Origin: a virus
Lineage: Duplodnaviria > Heunggongvirae > Uroviricota > Caudoviricetes
Length of the DNA stretch: 64,000 nucleotides
Direction: 5' to 3' (one strand)
IMG/VR virus record: IMGVR_UViG_3300037454_000941
Span: 74,063-138,062 of that record
In this document: positions 1 through 9,800 of the stretch, one piece after another
How positions within the stretch are numbered: position 1 is the first letter of the stretch
Layout of the letters: each line of letters starts with the position of its first letter
Made by a program: the position numbers and the translations under genes
The notes under the pieces: model-generated
What the model was told of the DNA's origin: nothing
The model's input: only the letters and a program-made list of their open reading frames with translations
Database searches by the model: none

Positions 1-113
1 TGGGTATCGCCGATGACTTGTTTGGCGAACCCGGTACTGAGATGAAGGAAGGCGATTCGGGTGAAGAGATGGACAACGTCGATTTCGATCTTGCTGCGTT
101 GGACAAAATCTAA
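1..113 (+). CDS. 3' end of an upstream gene with an acidic C-terminal tail (partial)
   Basis: Open frame from base 3 reads GIADDLFGEPGTEMKEGDSGEEMDNVDFDLAALDKI to TAA at 111-113, followed by a terminator hairpin. Confidence 0.6.
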   Translation, partial: GIADDLFGEPGTEMKEGDSGEEMDNVDFDLAALDKI

Positions 114-132
114 TGCGGAGTGACCTATGATG

Positions 133-160
133 AAGGGGAGGGCAACCGCTCTCCCTTTTA
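133..160 (+). terminator. Rho-independent terminator
   Basis: Stem GGGAGGGC/GCTCTCCC with AACC loop, followed by TTTT. Confidence 0.65.
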
Positions 161-188
161 ATATAGTTTTCGGGAAAAAGAGGTTTTT

Positions 189-1331
189 ATGTCCAGAAAT
201 ATTCCAAAGTTGGTGATGTTCAATACAGCAACTCGTTTCCGTTCGGCAATATCATTCCTGTATTCATCTACACATGATGACAACATGCGAGCCCATGTGT
301 GGACTGACGTAAACGATGATGGTCTGGTGGTACTTCATGTGCAGACCGAACATGGGGTGTATGTGAATAGTGACTCAACCATTAAGTCGGAGCCGCTTGA
401 CACCGATGCATGGGTGAATTTGAGGGACTTCTGCGTGTTGTGCAGGGAGGTGTCCCAGGAAAATAACGTGACCCTTTGGGTGGCGGACGGGAGGCTCTAT
501 GTCGCATCGTCGTTCAATGATGATATCGAAGGGTTTGAGCTTGAATGTTACTGCGAGCCGGTGAAACCGTTCGAGTATCATGGATTGGATTCCGATGATG
601 TCGAGACATTGAAGGTCGAACAGGGGTCCTTCTCGGTAGTGACGGACAGTGCATTTGACTTCGAGTGGATGGAAATACATCGCAAGGAGGGCGTGGTTTC
701 ATACCGTTCCGGCAACGAGCGTGTGGTCGTGGCTACGGTGGTGGCGAGCGTGGCCGGTTCCGAGGCAACCAAGGTTGACGGGAATGCGCCGGACTTCGCA
801 ATCAGGATTCCGTGCGACATTTTCAGGATCATCCCGATGCTGGAAGTCGCGCAGGACTGCACCATGCAGATTGACCTGTCGAATCGGCGCATAAGGATTT
901 CGAGTGAAGTGATGCGCATCGATTATGCCTACAAAGATGCGGAATTTCCCGCGATGAGTGCCGATGGATTCGTCGACTACATGAAGTTTGATACGGCGGC
1001 GATGATTGCGACCATCGAGACAATCTATCGTGTCAACTACAAGAACCCTATCGCCGCGGTCGAAATCATGCCTTTGAGTGAGGGGCGTGCATCCATCGAG
1101 TTTAACGTGGAAGGTCGTTACGGGGCGACTGTCACCATGGGTGAAGTGCGCATGTTTGATCTGGAAAAGAAAATCGTGCTACCCATGGATGTGATTACCA
1201 TGATGATTCGTAACGCCAACTGCAAGACGCTCCTGTTGAAGATCGGTGACAATGGCAAGTTGATGCTGTGCTTTGCCAATCGGTTGTTTGCTCGCAAGAC
1301 GTACTATCTTGGAGAAAACCCGGCTACTTGA
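189..1331 (+). CDS. Putative divergent sliding clamp (DnaN/beta-clamp-like)
   Basis: 380 aa, the size of a bacterial beta clamp. Contains alternating beta/helix segments and DnaN-like motifs (FAIRIPCDIFRIIPML; YKDAEFPAM resembling the 'g.FP.y' linker). SD GAGG upstream; near PolB. Confidence 0.45.
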   Translation: MSRNIPKLVMFNTATRFRSAISFLYSSTHDDNMRAHVWTDVNDDGLVVLHVQTEHGVYVNSDSTIKSEPLDTDAWVNLRDFCVLCREVSQENNVTLWVADGRLYVASSFNDDIEGFELECYCEPVKPFEYHGLDSDDVETLKVEQGSFSVVTDSAFDFEWMEIHRKEGVVSYRSGNERVVVATVVASVAGSEATKVDGNAPDFAIRIPCDIFRIIPMLEVAQDCTMQIDLSNRRIRISSEVMRIDYAYKDAEFPAMSADGFVDYMKFDTAAMIATIETIYRVNYKNPIAAVEIMPLSEGRASIEFNVEGRYGATVTMGEVRMFDLEKKIVLPMDVITMMIRNANCKTLLLKIGDNGKLMLCFANRLFARKTYYLGENPAT

Positions 1332-1365
1332 CGGTTGGCCACCAATTAGTTAAATTTGGTAAATT

Positions 1366-2502
1366 ATGATAAGGATTGATGGAAAATATGCGGTAGCCGA
1401 CGTGTTTGTTGGTGGATATGAAGATCTGGACAGCGCGTCCTATGGTCAGATAGTGCAGTTGTTGTCGGTGCCTTGCATGGAAGGCAGCAAGATTGCAATA
1501 ATGCCCGATGTGCACGCCGGTGTCGGGTGTGTGGTTGGGTACACCCAGACATTCACTGATCGGATCGTTCCTAATTTGGTCGGTGTTGACATTGCATGCG
1601 GGATGCTCGTGTGCAAGGTGTCCAGCGAATATCAGTTCGATTACCCCCGTCTTGACAAGGTGGTGCGACAAGGCATACCTTGCGGGATGGCACATCGTAA
1701 GACGATTCACAAATTTGCGAAGAACGTCGATTTGGGCGGGCTTGTCGCAAATGTCGATGCCAACAAATTGCTGTATAGCATTGGAACGTTGGGTGGCGGA
1801 AATCACTTTATCGCCGTAGAGGTTGATAGTGAGGGCAATTCGTGTATCATAATACACTCGGGGTCTCGGTATCTTGGTAATGCGGTGTGTAGATACCACC
1901 AGGATATTGCGATTAAGCGTTACCTGACGAGTAGGAAGGATACCGGCGACACTACCCAGTTCCCATCCAATTTGGCATGGGTCGAGGGTACCGCGACGGA
2001 AGACTATCTTAATGACATGAATATTTGTGCCACATTCTCGGACTGGAACCGGAGGGCCATGCTGCAGGTAATCTTGGATGGCATGGGTATAAAGAATCGC
2101 CATATATTGGGGACGTTCACCACGCTCCACAACTATGTCGATGTGGAGAACCGGGTTATCCGCAAGGGATCTATTTCCCTCAATGAAGGGGAACGGGCGA
2201 TCATCCCGTTAAACATGCGTGACGGTTCGCTGATCGTGGTCGGAAAGGGAAATCCAGATGCGAACTTCTCCGGGCCCCATGGCGCGGGGCGCGTGTTAAG
2301 TCGTGGGACGGCCAAGGCAACTTTGTCGATGGATGAATTCAAGGAATCGATGAAGGGAATCTACACCACATCGGTTTCGCGTGGGACCATAGATGAATCG
2401 CCAATGGCCTACAAACCGATGGATGCGATTATCGCGAATATCGGGAGCATGTGCTCGATTGTCGATACAATCAAGCCGGCTTATAATTTCAAGGCATCTT
2501 AG
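1366..2502 (+). CDS. rtcB: RNA-splicing/repair ligase RtcB
   Basis: Motifs MPDVHAG, VGVDIACGM, GTLGGGNHF, IHSGSR, HNY, RKG, HGAGR, DESPMAYK. Confidence 0.95.
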   Translation: MIRIDGKYAVADVFVGGYEDLDSASYGQIVQLLSVPCMEGSKIAIMPDVHAGVGCVVGYTQTFTDRIVPNLVGVDIACGMLVCKVSSEYQFDYPRLDKVVRQGIPCGMAHRKTIHKFAKNVDLGGLVANVDANKLLYSIGTLGGGNHFIAVEVDSEGNSCIIIHSGSRYLGNAVCRYHQDIAIKRYLTSRKDTGDTTQFPSNLAWVEGTATEDYLNDMNICATFSDWNRRAMLQVILDGMGIKNRHILGTFTTLHNYVDVENRVIRKGSISLNEGERAIIPLNMRDGSLIVVGKGNPDANFSGPHGAGRVLSRGTAKATLSMDEFKESMKGIYTTSVSRGTIDESPMAYKPMDAIIANIGSMCSIVDTIKPAYNFKAS

Positions 2503-3128
2503 TCGGCCTTGATTTCCGGTTCGTCCTTTATCTCGGTGTCATCCGCGCCCGCAGGTTCGCCTTCCGTTGAGACAGACTCTGGCGCTTCATCGCCACCATC
2601 GGATGGTGTGGTGGCGGATAAATTATTCACGTCGGCGGCAGTTTCCGTATTGGTCTCGTTGGTATAGTCATCGAATGCGTTTTCGGCTGTTGCGTCCAGC
2701 GCCGACATGTCTTCGTCACTGAACCCCATAGCGGAATTGTCTATACCACCACCGAACCCGCCGCCGAAGCCACCTCCAAACCCACCATCGGCAGACTGGT
2801 CGCCCTCAACTGGGGCAGCAAACGCCTCGGCACCCGGGTATTCGTCGCCGAAAACATTCTTGAATTCTTCGGCTTCCGGGCTCTGGGTCTCTTCCGGCTT
2901 GGTGAGTTGTGTCTCCACTTCCTTATATGCCTGCTCCCGCATGTCGTTCATGCTGCTTCCGTATGACACCTCATCGGGATTTTGGAGGCGTTCCCGGTTC
3001 AAATCCATTACGGTGTCATGCAACCGGGCCTTTATTTCGCTTACGGGCACCTTGGTTTCGTCATGTAGCTGGTTGACTGCCGGGGATTCATGGCTTGCCG
3101 TGCCGGTTTCGGGGACGTTGAGTTCCAT
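2499..3128 (-). CDS. Acidic low-complexity hypothetical protein (late promoter)
   Basis: 209-aa ORF rich in D/E/G with GGGF repeats. SD AGGAA upstream and TATAAAT on the minus strand at 3162-3168. Confidence 0.7.
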   Translation of the reverse strand: MELNVPETGTASHESPAVNQLHDETKVPVSEIKARLHDTVMDLNRERLQNPDEVSYGSSMNDMREQAYKEVETQLTKPEETQSPEAEEFKNVFGDEYPGAEAFAAPVEGDQSADGGFGGGFGGGFGGGIDNSAMGFSDEDMSALDATAENAFDDYTNETNTETAADVNNLSATTPSDGGDEAPESVSTEGEPAGADDTEIKDEPEIKAD

Positions 3129-3232
3129 TTCGGGGTTCCTAATTTCCTAGTGTATAGCCAGATTTATATTTTTTCGTTTTTTCCACATATTATAAACTTC
3201 CGTCATACGAAAGGAAGATTAGGGGATTTAAC

Positions 3233-3808
3233 ATGCCATACTCCATTGATCAAGACTTGGAAATCATGCAGAAAATCGAAGAGATTTCCAAGGAACCAGT
3301 AAACGAAAGTCAGTACACCGCGGTTCGTAACTGCTGCAAGCCGATTGTTGAATCGATGGCAGTATTTGACGACGTGAAGGTGGACTTCAACAAGTGGACG
3401 AGCTCCGACAAGAAGGTCAACAAGGCCAAGACCGCGAAGACCGGAAATGCGAAGCCCGTTACCAATAACGACACCGTGGACGAAAAGAAGAAGGATGGGC
3501 AGGTGACCGAGGTTACCAATGTCGAAGAAAAGAAGAAGGATGGGCAGGTGACCGAAGTCAAGCAGGAATCTGATAGTGACAAGGCCAAACCGGCACCGGA
3601 AGTCAAGAACTTCGACAGCAAGGCCAAGGGTGCGGCTGAATCCAATCGTTCCGATGCGGATAAACAGAAGCACATCGAGGAAGGCTCTCTTTCCATTGCC
3701 GAGCGCAAGAAGAAGATGAAGGCATTTGTCGAATCGCTCGTGGTTGACGAGGCATCCAGGAAGGCAGCCGACCTGGTGAACAACGAAATCGACAAGATTT
3801 TTGGCTAA
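3233..3808 (+). CDS. K/D/E-rich hypothetical protein, possibly virion-internal
   Basis: 191-aa ORF with SD AGGGGA and TATAAACT at 3191-3198; terminator downstream. Confidence 0.75.
   Translation: MPYSIDQDLEIMQKIEEISKEPVNESQYTAVRNCCKPIVESMAVFDDVKVDFNKWTSSDKKVNKAKTAKTGNAKPVTNNDTVDEKKKDGQVTEVTNVEEKKKDGQVTEVKQESDSDKAKPAPEVKNFDSKAKGAAESNRSDADKQKHIEEGSLSIAERKKKMKAFVESLVVDEASRKAADLVNNEIDKIFG
3482..3555 (+). repeat. In-frame tandem duplication, 45-bp period
   Basis: GAAAAGAAGAAGGATGGGCAGGTGACCGA occurs at 3482-3510 and 3527-3555 (peptide EKKKDGQVTEV twice). Confidence 0.9.
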
Positions 3809-3835
3809 ATAAGAAAAGTAAATCTTCTTTTCACT

Positions 3836-3863
3836 AAAAAATCCGCTTTTTGGCGGATTTTTT
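3836..3863 (+). terminator. Terminator hairpin (potentially bidirectional)
   Basis: AAAAAATCCGC-loop-GCGGATTTTTT. Confidence 0.75.
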
Positions 3864-3878
3864 ACTATATTCTAGCTA

Positions 3879-6800
3879 ATGGTTACGGCTGTGGAACATA
3901 AGGCAGAAGATACTAGCGCGGTCCATCCGATGTGGACCGCCATATATCATGATCGCGACACTGACCAGCTGTTTCTGTGGTATGATACGGGGCGACTGGA
4001 AACCAAGGTAATTTCCAACACATTCTATACTCCATACCGGGGCGAGTTCAACTCGATTCCATGTGGGATGCGGGACATTTACGGCAAGGAAATGTACTCG
4101 GTCACATGCAAATCCAAGGTCGAGTCTGAAATCCGACGAAGGTATGCGGGCCCGAATAACCACCTTTCGGAAATTGACATCGATCCTCGTGCCAGATTCC
4201 TACAACGGCATTATGCTAAGTCCGGAATGCTCAAGCCGGACATGAAGAAAATCAACCTGTGTTTTCTTGATATTGAGGTGGCCACGGTGGGCCGGTTCCC
4301 TGCCGCCCACCGTGCCGAATATCCCATCAACTGCGTTACCGTATATTTTTCCAAGACTGACAATTATGTGACTTTTGGGCTGGGTCGGGATGTCTCCGAT
4401 TACGTCAAGGAGGAAATGGCCAAGGAAAACGGCAGGTATGTGCTGTGCGTTACCGAGCGGGAGCTTCTTGAAAAATTATTTACCGAGATAGGAAACAACC
4501 AAGTTGACATCCTATCGGGTTGGAACTTCTCGTACGATACCACTTACATGGTCAACCGCGCGGCCAAGTTGAAGGTCGACCTGAAACTCATGTCCAGGTT
4601 GCCCGGGCAGTTCAAGAAGTCCTACTTTGATCGCGACGGGAACCTGCAGATTGCCGGCACCGAGGTCATCGACTTTCTCGCTCTGTATCGCAAGTATACG
4701 TTCTCCGAGGAACCTTCATACAAGTTGGATTATATCGGTGGCCTGGTCGTGGGTGAACATAAGGCGCCGTTGCCGGACGGATACAAGTCATGGCAGAACC
4801 ACTGGGATGATTTTATACTGTATAACTTCCAGGACGTTAGGCTTTTAAAGAAGATTGAACTGAAGGTGCGCATGTTCCAACTTGCCGTCATGGCTGCGTC
4901 GGAGGCCCGCGTACCATTCTCATCCGTTTTTGAATCGAAAAAGATGCTCGTGGGATTCGTGATGAACATGCTCCATGAGCAGAATCTCGTGTTCCCGCCA
5001 ATGCAGGCTAAGAGCAAGGAAGAATATCCCGGCGCATTCGTCTATTCTATCCCGGGTTACTATGAGTTCCTGGTCTCGTACGACTACCGTTCCCTCTATC
5101 CTTCCATAATGATGACTTTCAATACGAGTCCTGAGACCAAGGTCATCAAGCCGATAGATTACGTGCTTACCCCGGAAGAGCGTGCCAACCTGATTGAAAG
5201 CCCGTGGACCAACAACGGGAAGTACAAGGTGTATTTCCGCAAGGACAAGGAAGGCATCGTCCCACAGGTTACTCGCAAGTTGTTCGATGGTCGTTCCAAG
5301 TTGAAGAATAAGAAGAAAGCCGCTGAAAAGGCTGGCGATATGGAAATGAAGGAAATATATGACATGATGCAGAAGGTCTATAAGGTCCTCGGCAACTCGT
5401 TGTATGGTCTTCTCGGTTCCAATTTCTTCCCGTTCTATGATGTTGATAACGCTGCATCCATTACCGGCTATGGCCAACGTTTGATTAAATTTACTATTGC
5501 CGAGCTCGCGAAGTATCTTAATGAGGAATTGGTGAATGACCAGCGGTTCATTGACACATTCGGGTATAAGCCGAAGATCGATCCATCATTCCTTGGCACT
5601 ATCAAGGATGACGATGGGCAGATTCTTTACCGTCGCATGAGTCACGGCGATACCGACTCGTTCTATTGTAAGGTGGGTGACATATTCAAGGACTTTGGAG
5701 CCAAGGCCGGCCAAGGGGTGGAAGTCCTGGTGTTTGATGGTCACAAGGAAGTGTACCGTCAAGCATTCGATAATGACCACATCCTTGAATCCAAGCAAAT
5801 TTTCAATGCGGCATGCAACCACTACCTACATGATGTGTGGCATGATCCAGAAAATCGCGCGGTTGACAAGAAAACCGGGCTTACTAAGGTCAAGATTATG
5901 TTCCACGATGGGATTGTCATGGGGAAGCGCTACCGAGTGATATATAACAGGTTCCGCTTGACTGATTTCTGTCGTATCATGGACGCGGCAATGCTTGAAG
6001 AAAAGCTGGATGAATTCATGCTTGCCTACGCAAAGCAGTGGAATTACTATACGAATGAACTGTTCTTGAAGCGGGAGAAATGTATCTACAAGGCGATTGT
6101 AACGGCGAAGAAAAAGTATATTTGCGAAGCCGAATCCAACGAAGACATCGTGTATCTTGACCTTGGCCATAGGGATAAAGATGGAAACTTGGTGCCGGGA
6201 ACGCTTGAACTTGAGCCGCATTTTGCGATTACCGGTCTCGAAATCGTGCGCAGCTCAACGACAGTGTTCAGCCGCGAGCGTATGTTGGACATGGTCAAGC
6301 TCATGTTGAAGACGATGAATCGTGATGAGGTGCGCAAGCGTCTGCTACAGATGAAATCGGAATTTTTCCAGGCCGTGAAGGATAAGAATTATTCGTACAT
6401 TGCGTGTCCCTCCGGTATGAAGGAAGAACCTTTGCCGTATATGAAGATGATTACCATGTCGCGTTCCGAGTTGAAGGATATAGACTGGCGTCGCCGCGCG
6501 GCGTCAGTATGGAACTATCTCATCGAGACAGACCCCGTGCTTACCAAGGAACCATATGAGCCGATATATGCCGGCGACAAGATGAAGTTCATCAAAAAGG
6601 CCGATGATCGGTATGGGGTGTCAATTATATGCTTCAGTGGCGAAAAATGCCCGGACCGTCTGCTACAATTGTTCCATGCCGACTGGGAAGAACAGTGGCA
6701 TGTGTCGGTGGCCCAGGTCCTTGGGAGGCTATTCGAGGCGGTTGGGTGGCCAAAAGAGCTCGAATACGACGAGACCAAGAAGTTACGTGCATGTATTTAG
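3879..6800 (+). CDS. polB: Family B DNA polymerase (T4 gp43-like) with 3'-5' exonuclease
   Basis: ExoI FLDIEV, ExoII GWNFSYD, ExoIII YNFQD; polymerase motifs DYRSLYPSIM, KVLGNSLYG, GDTDS, KKKY. Confidence 0.95.
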   Translation: MVTAVEHKAEDTSAVHPMWTAIYHDRDTDQLFLWYDTGRLETKVISNTFYTPYRGEFNSIPCGMRDIYGKEMYSVTCKSKVESEIRRRYAGPNNHLSEIDIDPRARFLQRHYAKSGMLKPDMKKINLCFLDIEVATVGRFPAAHRAEYPINCVTVYFSKTDNYVTFGLGRDVSDYVKEEMAKENGRYVLCVTERELLEKLFTEIGNNQVDILSGWNFSYDTTYMVNRAAKLKVDLKLMSRLPGQFKKSYFDRDGNLQIAGTEVIDFLALYRKYTFSEEPSYKLDYIGGLVVGEHKAPLPDGYKSWQNHWDDFILYNFQDVRLLKKIELKVRMFQLAVMAASEARVPFSSVFESKKMLVGFVMNMLHEQNLVFPPMQAKSKEEYPGAFVYSIPGYYEFLVSYDYRSLYPSIMMTFNTSPETKVIKPIDYVLTPEERANLIESPWTNNGKYKVYFRKDKEGIVPQVTRKLFDGRSKLKNKKKAAEKAGDMEMKEIYDMMQKVYKVLGNSLYGLLGSNFFPFYDVDNAASITGYGQRLIKFTIAELAKYLNEELVNDQRFIDTFGYKPKIDPSFLGTIKDDDGQILYRRMSHGDTDSFYCKVGDIFKDFGAKAGQGVEVLVFDGHKEVYRQAFDNDHILESKQIFNAACNHYLHDVWHDPENRAVDKKTGLTKVKIMFHDGIVMGKRYRVIYNRFRLTDFCRIMDAAMLEEKLDEFMLAYAKQWNYYTNELFLKREKCIYKAIVTAKKKYICEAESNEDIVYLDLGHRDKDGNLVPGTLELEPHFAITGLEIVRSSTTVFSRERMLDMVKLMLKTMNRDEVRKRLLQMKSEFFQAVKDKNYSYIACPSGMKEEPLPYMKMITMSRSELKDIDWRRRAASVWNYLIETDPVLTKEPYEPIYAGDKMKFIKKADDRYGVSIICFSGEKCPDRLLQLFHADWEEQWHVSVAQVLGRLFEAVGWPKELEYDETKKLRACI

Positions 6801-6861
6801 CGGGTACCGCCGTCTATAAACTGCATACCGATGTAGTTTTACGGAAAACCCCGGGATTTCC

Positions 6862-9800
6862 ATGTACGATTTCGAAAAATATTATGCCAATATCGACGCT
6901 AAGGCCGAAGTCAATATCGACCTAAGTGGAGTCGACATAGAGAAGCCCCAGGGTAACCCGAACGAACACGTGACCAATAACGTAGTGTACTACGTGACCG
7001 GCATCCAGTTGGCGAATGATGCTGATTTTTCTGTTCCAGTCGAAGTTAGCACCAATGACCGCGTCAAGGTGGATGTCAGGGTGGGGAGTGAAACCGAAAC
7101 TTCCTACATATCTATATTGCACCCCCTTGCGGACGTGCTCGACGCGGGAATTGGGAGCGAATGGCATCCCGGCGTGAATCGGGAAAGCCTCCTTGTGCTG
7201 GATTCGACGGATGATCCAAACGAGACGATTTCCTATACCATACTCCATGATTCTAACGGGTCGGTGGGTGAATCCTATGCTTACGCTCGGGTAAGCGTCG
7301 CGCCGCGTTATGAGTTCATTACGGGAAATGGCAATGATGATATCCTTGGCAGGATAAGCGGCAACATGCTGTCTCCCATGCAGGTGAACCAGAATGTCAT
7401 ATCTGACGCCTCCGTGGATAACTTGCCTAACGCGATGCAGGCCATCTATGCGCTACTCGGTCTATACGGCAAGCGGAAGGTCGCGTTGCGCACCATCCGC
7501 AAGATATCCAATAAGACCGCTAGGCGCCGGGCCGTGATTGAGTATGATACGTTCCGCAAGCGCATGGGATTGATTTCGGATTGGTGCGCCGAGAACAACT
7601 ATGGCGTTGATGTGAAATATTATGACCGCTCGATGGCCGAGCCACTTCCGGAGGGTATAGAGGATGCCACTGCCGATGATTACCGGAGGAACAGGAAACA
7701 GGCCAAGGCGAAGCACCGCATCTACCAGGCAGCCGTGTTGGCCGCTGACATTACCCGCACGACGATGAAGCGAAATGCGAGTTTCCTTGATGCATACGGA
7801 ACCGATTTGCCCGCATTCTTGAGTAATCCGAAGACATCCGCTCTGGTGGATAACTTGACGCCCGCCGGAGACGGCGTTACTGCGCTCATCCCCCCGGTAA
7901 AGGATGCCGCGAAGGGGATTTTTTATCCAAGAGAAGAAATCGAGAATGATTTTTATTCGGAGTTCACCGAAGTATATGATGGGTTGAAAGATGCATTGCG
8001 GATCATGCGTCGATATTTGAGTAGCAAGACAAAGCGAAAGATTCGTCGACTGGGTGCGAAATTTAGTCACCATTCGGCGAACGACGGAACACTCTCGGTT
8101 GACCTGGATTCGCTCATAAACCTGTTTGATGCCAATTACGGCATGCTGGGTGTAGGCCAGGCCATGATGTGTACTGGCAATACTGGCTTGCCCGAACAGG
8201 TGACCGTTTATCCCAGGGTGTTCCAGGTGAACGGCGTATTCGAGCAGTCAACCGGTAAAGTGTCTTCTTGGGGGGCTTCGCCTGACACGACGATACCGGG
8301 GAACCGGGGAATTAACGTGATCGGCATGCACTTTGTGTATAGCTCGAATGACTATTCGACCGATGACTATTCGTGGGACAAGGCTGTATGTGAAATGACA
8401 TCAGATGAAGTTCGCTCGGCGCTGGTTGATGCCTATAACTGGGTGCTGAAACGTGATGGGCTGAAACCAATTGACGTTGATGCGCTGGGGCTCGATGATA
8501 CTTCCTTTACCGGTGGGTACAACAGCCTTGTCGACAGTGACATTAGATATCGTCAATGCAAACGGTATATTCAGTTTGTCGGCGCATGGATGAATCTGAT
8601 ACGTTCGTGTGGAACTAAGGAAGGATTTTGGGCCTTCTCCAATTCCCACATGATTGCCCCCGGCGAGTCGATGATGGACTGGCTATTGCGACTCGCGATA
8701 GGTGGTCTGGTCGATTGGAATCTCAGTGGCACGTATCGTGTACTTGATTGGGAAACCGCGTCGAGCCCGGGCGATGGTCCGGTAGATTATTCGTCATTCC
8801 ATCCGGGATATGAACTCGAATGGGGGGTCGAGCCGGATTCCCCTGACGACATAGACGATGCGGTATCCGCCGCATCCATCATGGTCAGCGCGTACAAGGA
8901 AATGAAGGGTCAGTTGCTTACACGCGCACCCTTCATGAGCACCTATCGGATAGTCAGGGCGTGCATGGCCCTGGAAAGCGTTTCCGAGTCAATCGAGGAC
9001 CTGGAAGAGACGGTAGAGCGGATAATATGGTACCAGGCGTTCGTAAATGAATCGGCATTTACCAACCGTTCAATGTATCTCGATCGGGATGCGTGGTTGA
9101 ATCGAGGGGGTAATGACGATGATGACTATGTGGCTTTGCCATTTACCCCATGGGCTCTCCCGGCGAGGTTCATGGTTCCTGTAGCGATGTACCGAAAGGT
9201 AAGGAAGAAATATCGCAGGTGGGGGTTGACCAGGCATAAGACGGTAAAGGTATATGATGGGGTGCGATGGGCGGAAGTCCGTTTCTATGACCTCAACGTA
9301 TATTCGGAATATCCTCAGGTTGAAGAAACGCCGGGCCAGGTGTTTACTTTGGAAAAGCCGGCGTCCGTCAATGGTACCGTAGTTACCTTTGACGAACCGT
9401 TGCCGGAAGAAATATACAATGCCGGCACCGGCGAGCTCACTTTCGACGATCCATCTGCTACGACCATGCAGGTCGTGTTTGATAGTGATATGGTGGCCCA
9501 TTTGGCCGACGGAGCGGATGCACCTGCGCTCGCGGGTGAGCACGAGGTCGTGACGGTCAAGGTTCCTCCCGAGAAAAGCAGGAACGATGGTGACGCGCTC
9601 ACACCCGTGACAGTGCATGTGGAATCGCCGTCGTTACCCTATGACGAAGAAATTCGGAAGAAGGAGTTCGTTGATTACGGTCCGCTGTCCCAGGATAAGT
9701 ATTTTGATGTATACCGGTTTGGGAACGGCGGGTTCCCGGGAATACCGGACCGTGATCGGGTATCCGGCTGGAAGGCCTTCCGTCCAACTTCACGGAAAAT

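Noticed and set aside
5640-5960. Intein in the PolB insertion (and in the nrdD insert at about 34260-34470)
   Set aside because: No C/S start, HN-C/S/T end or LAGLIDADG motifs, and the inserts are too short.
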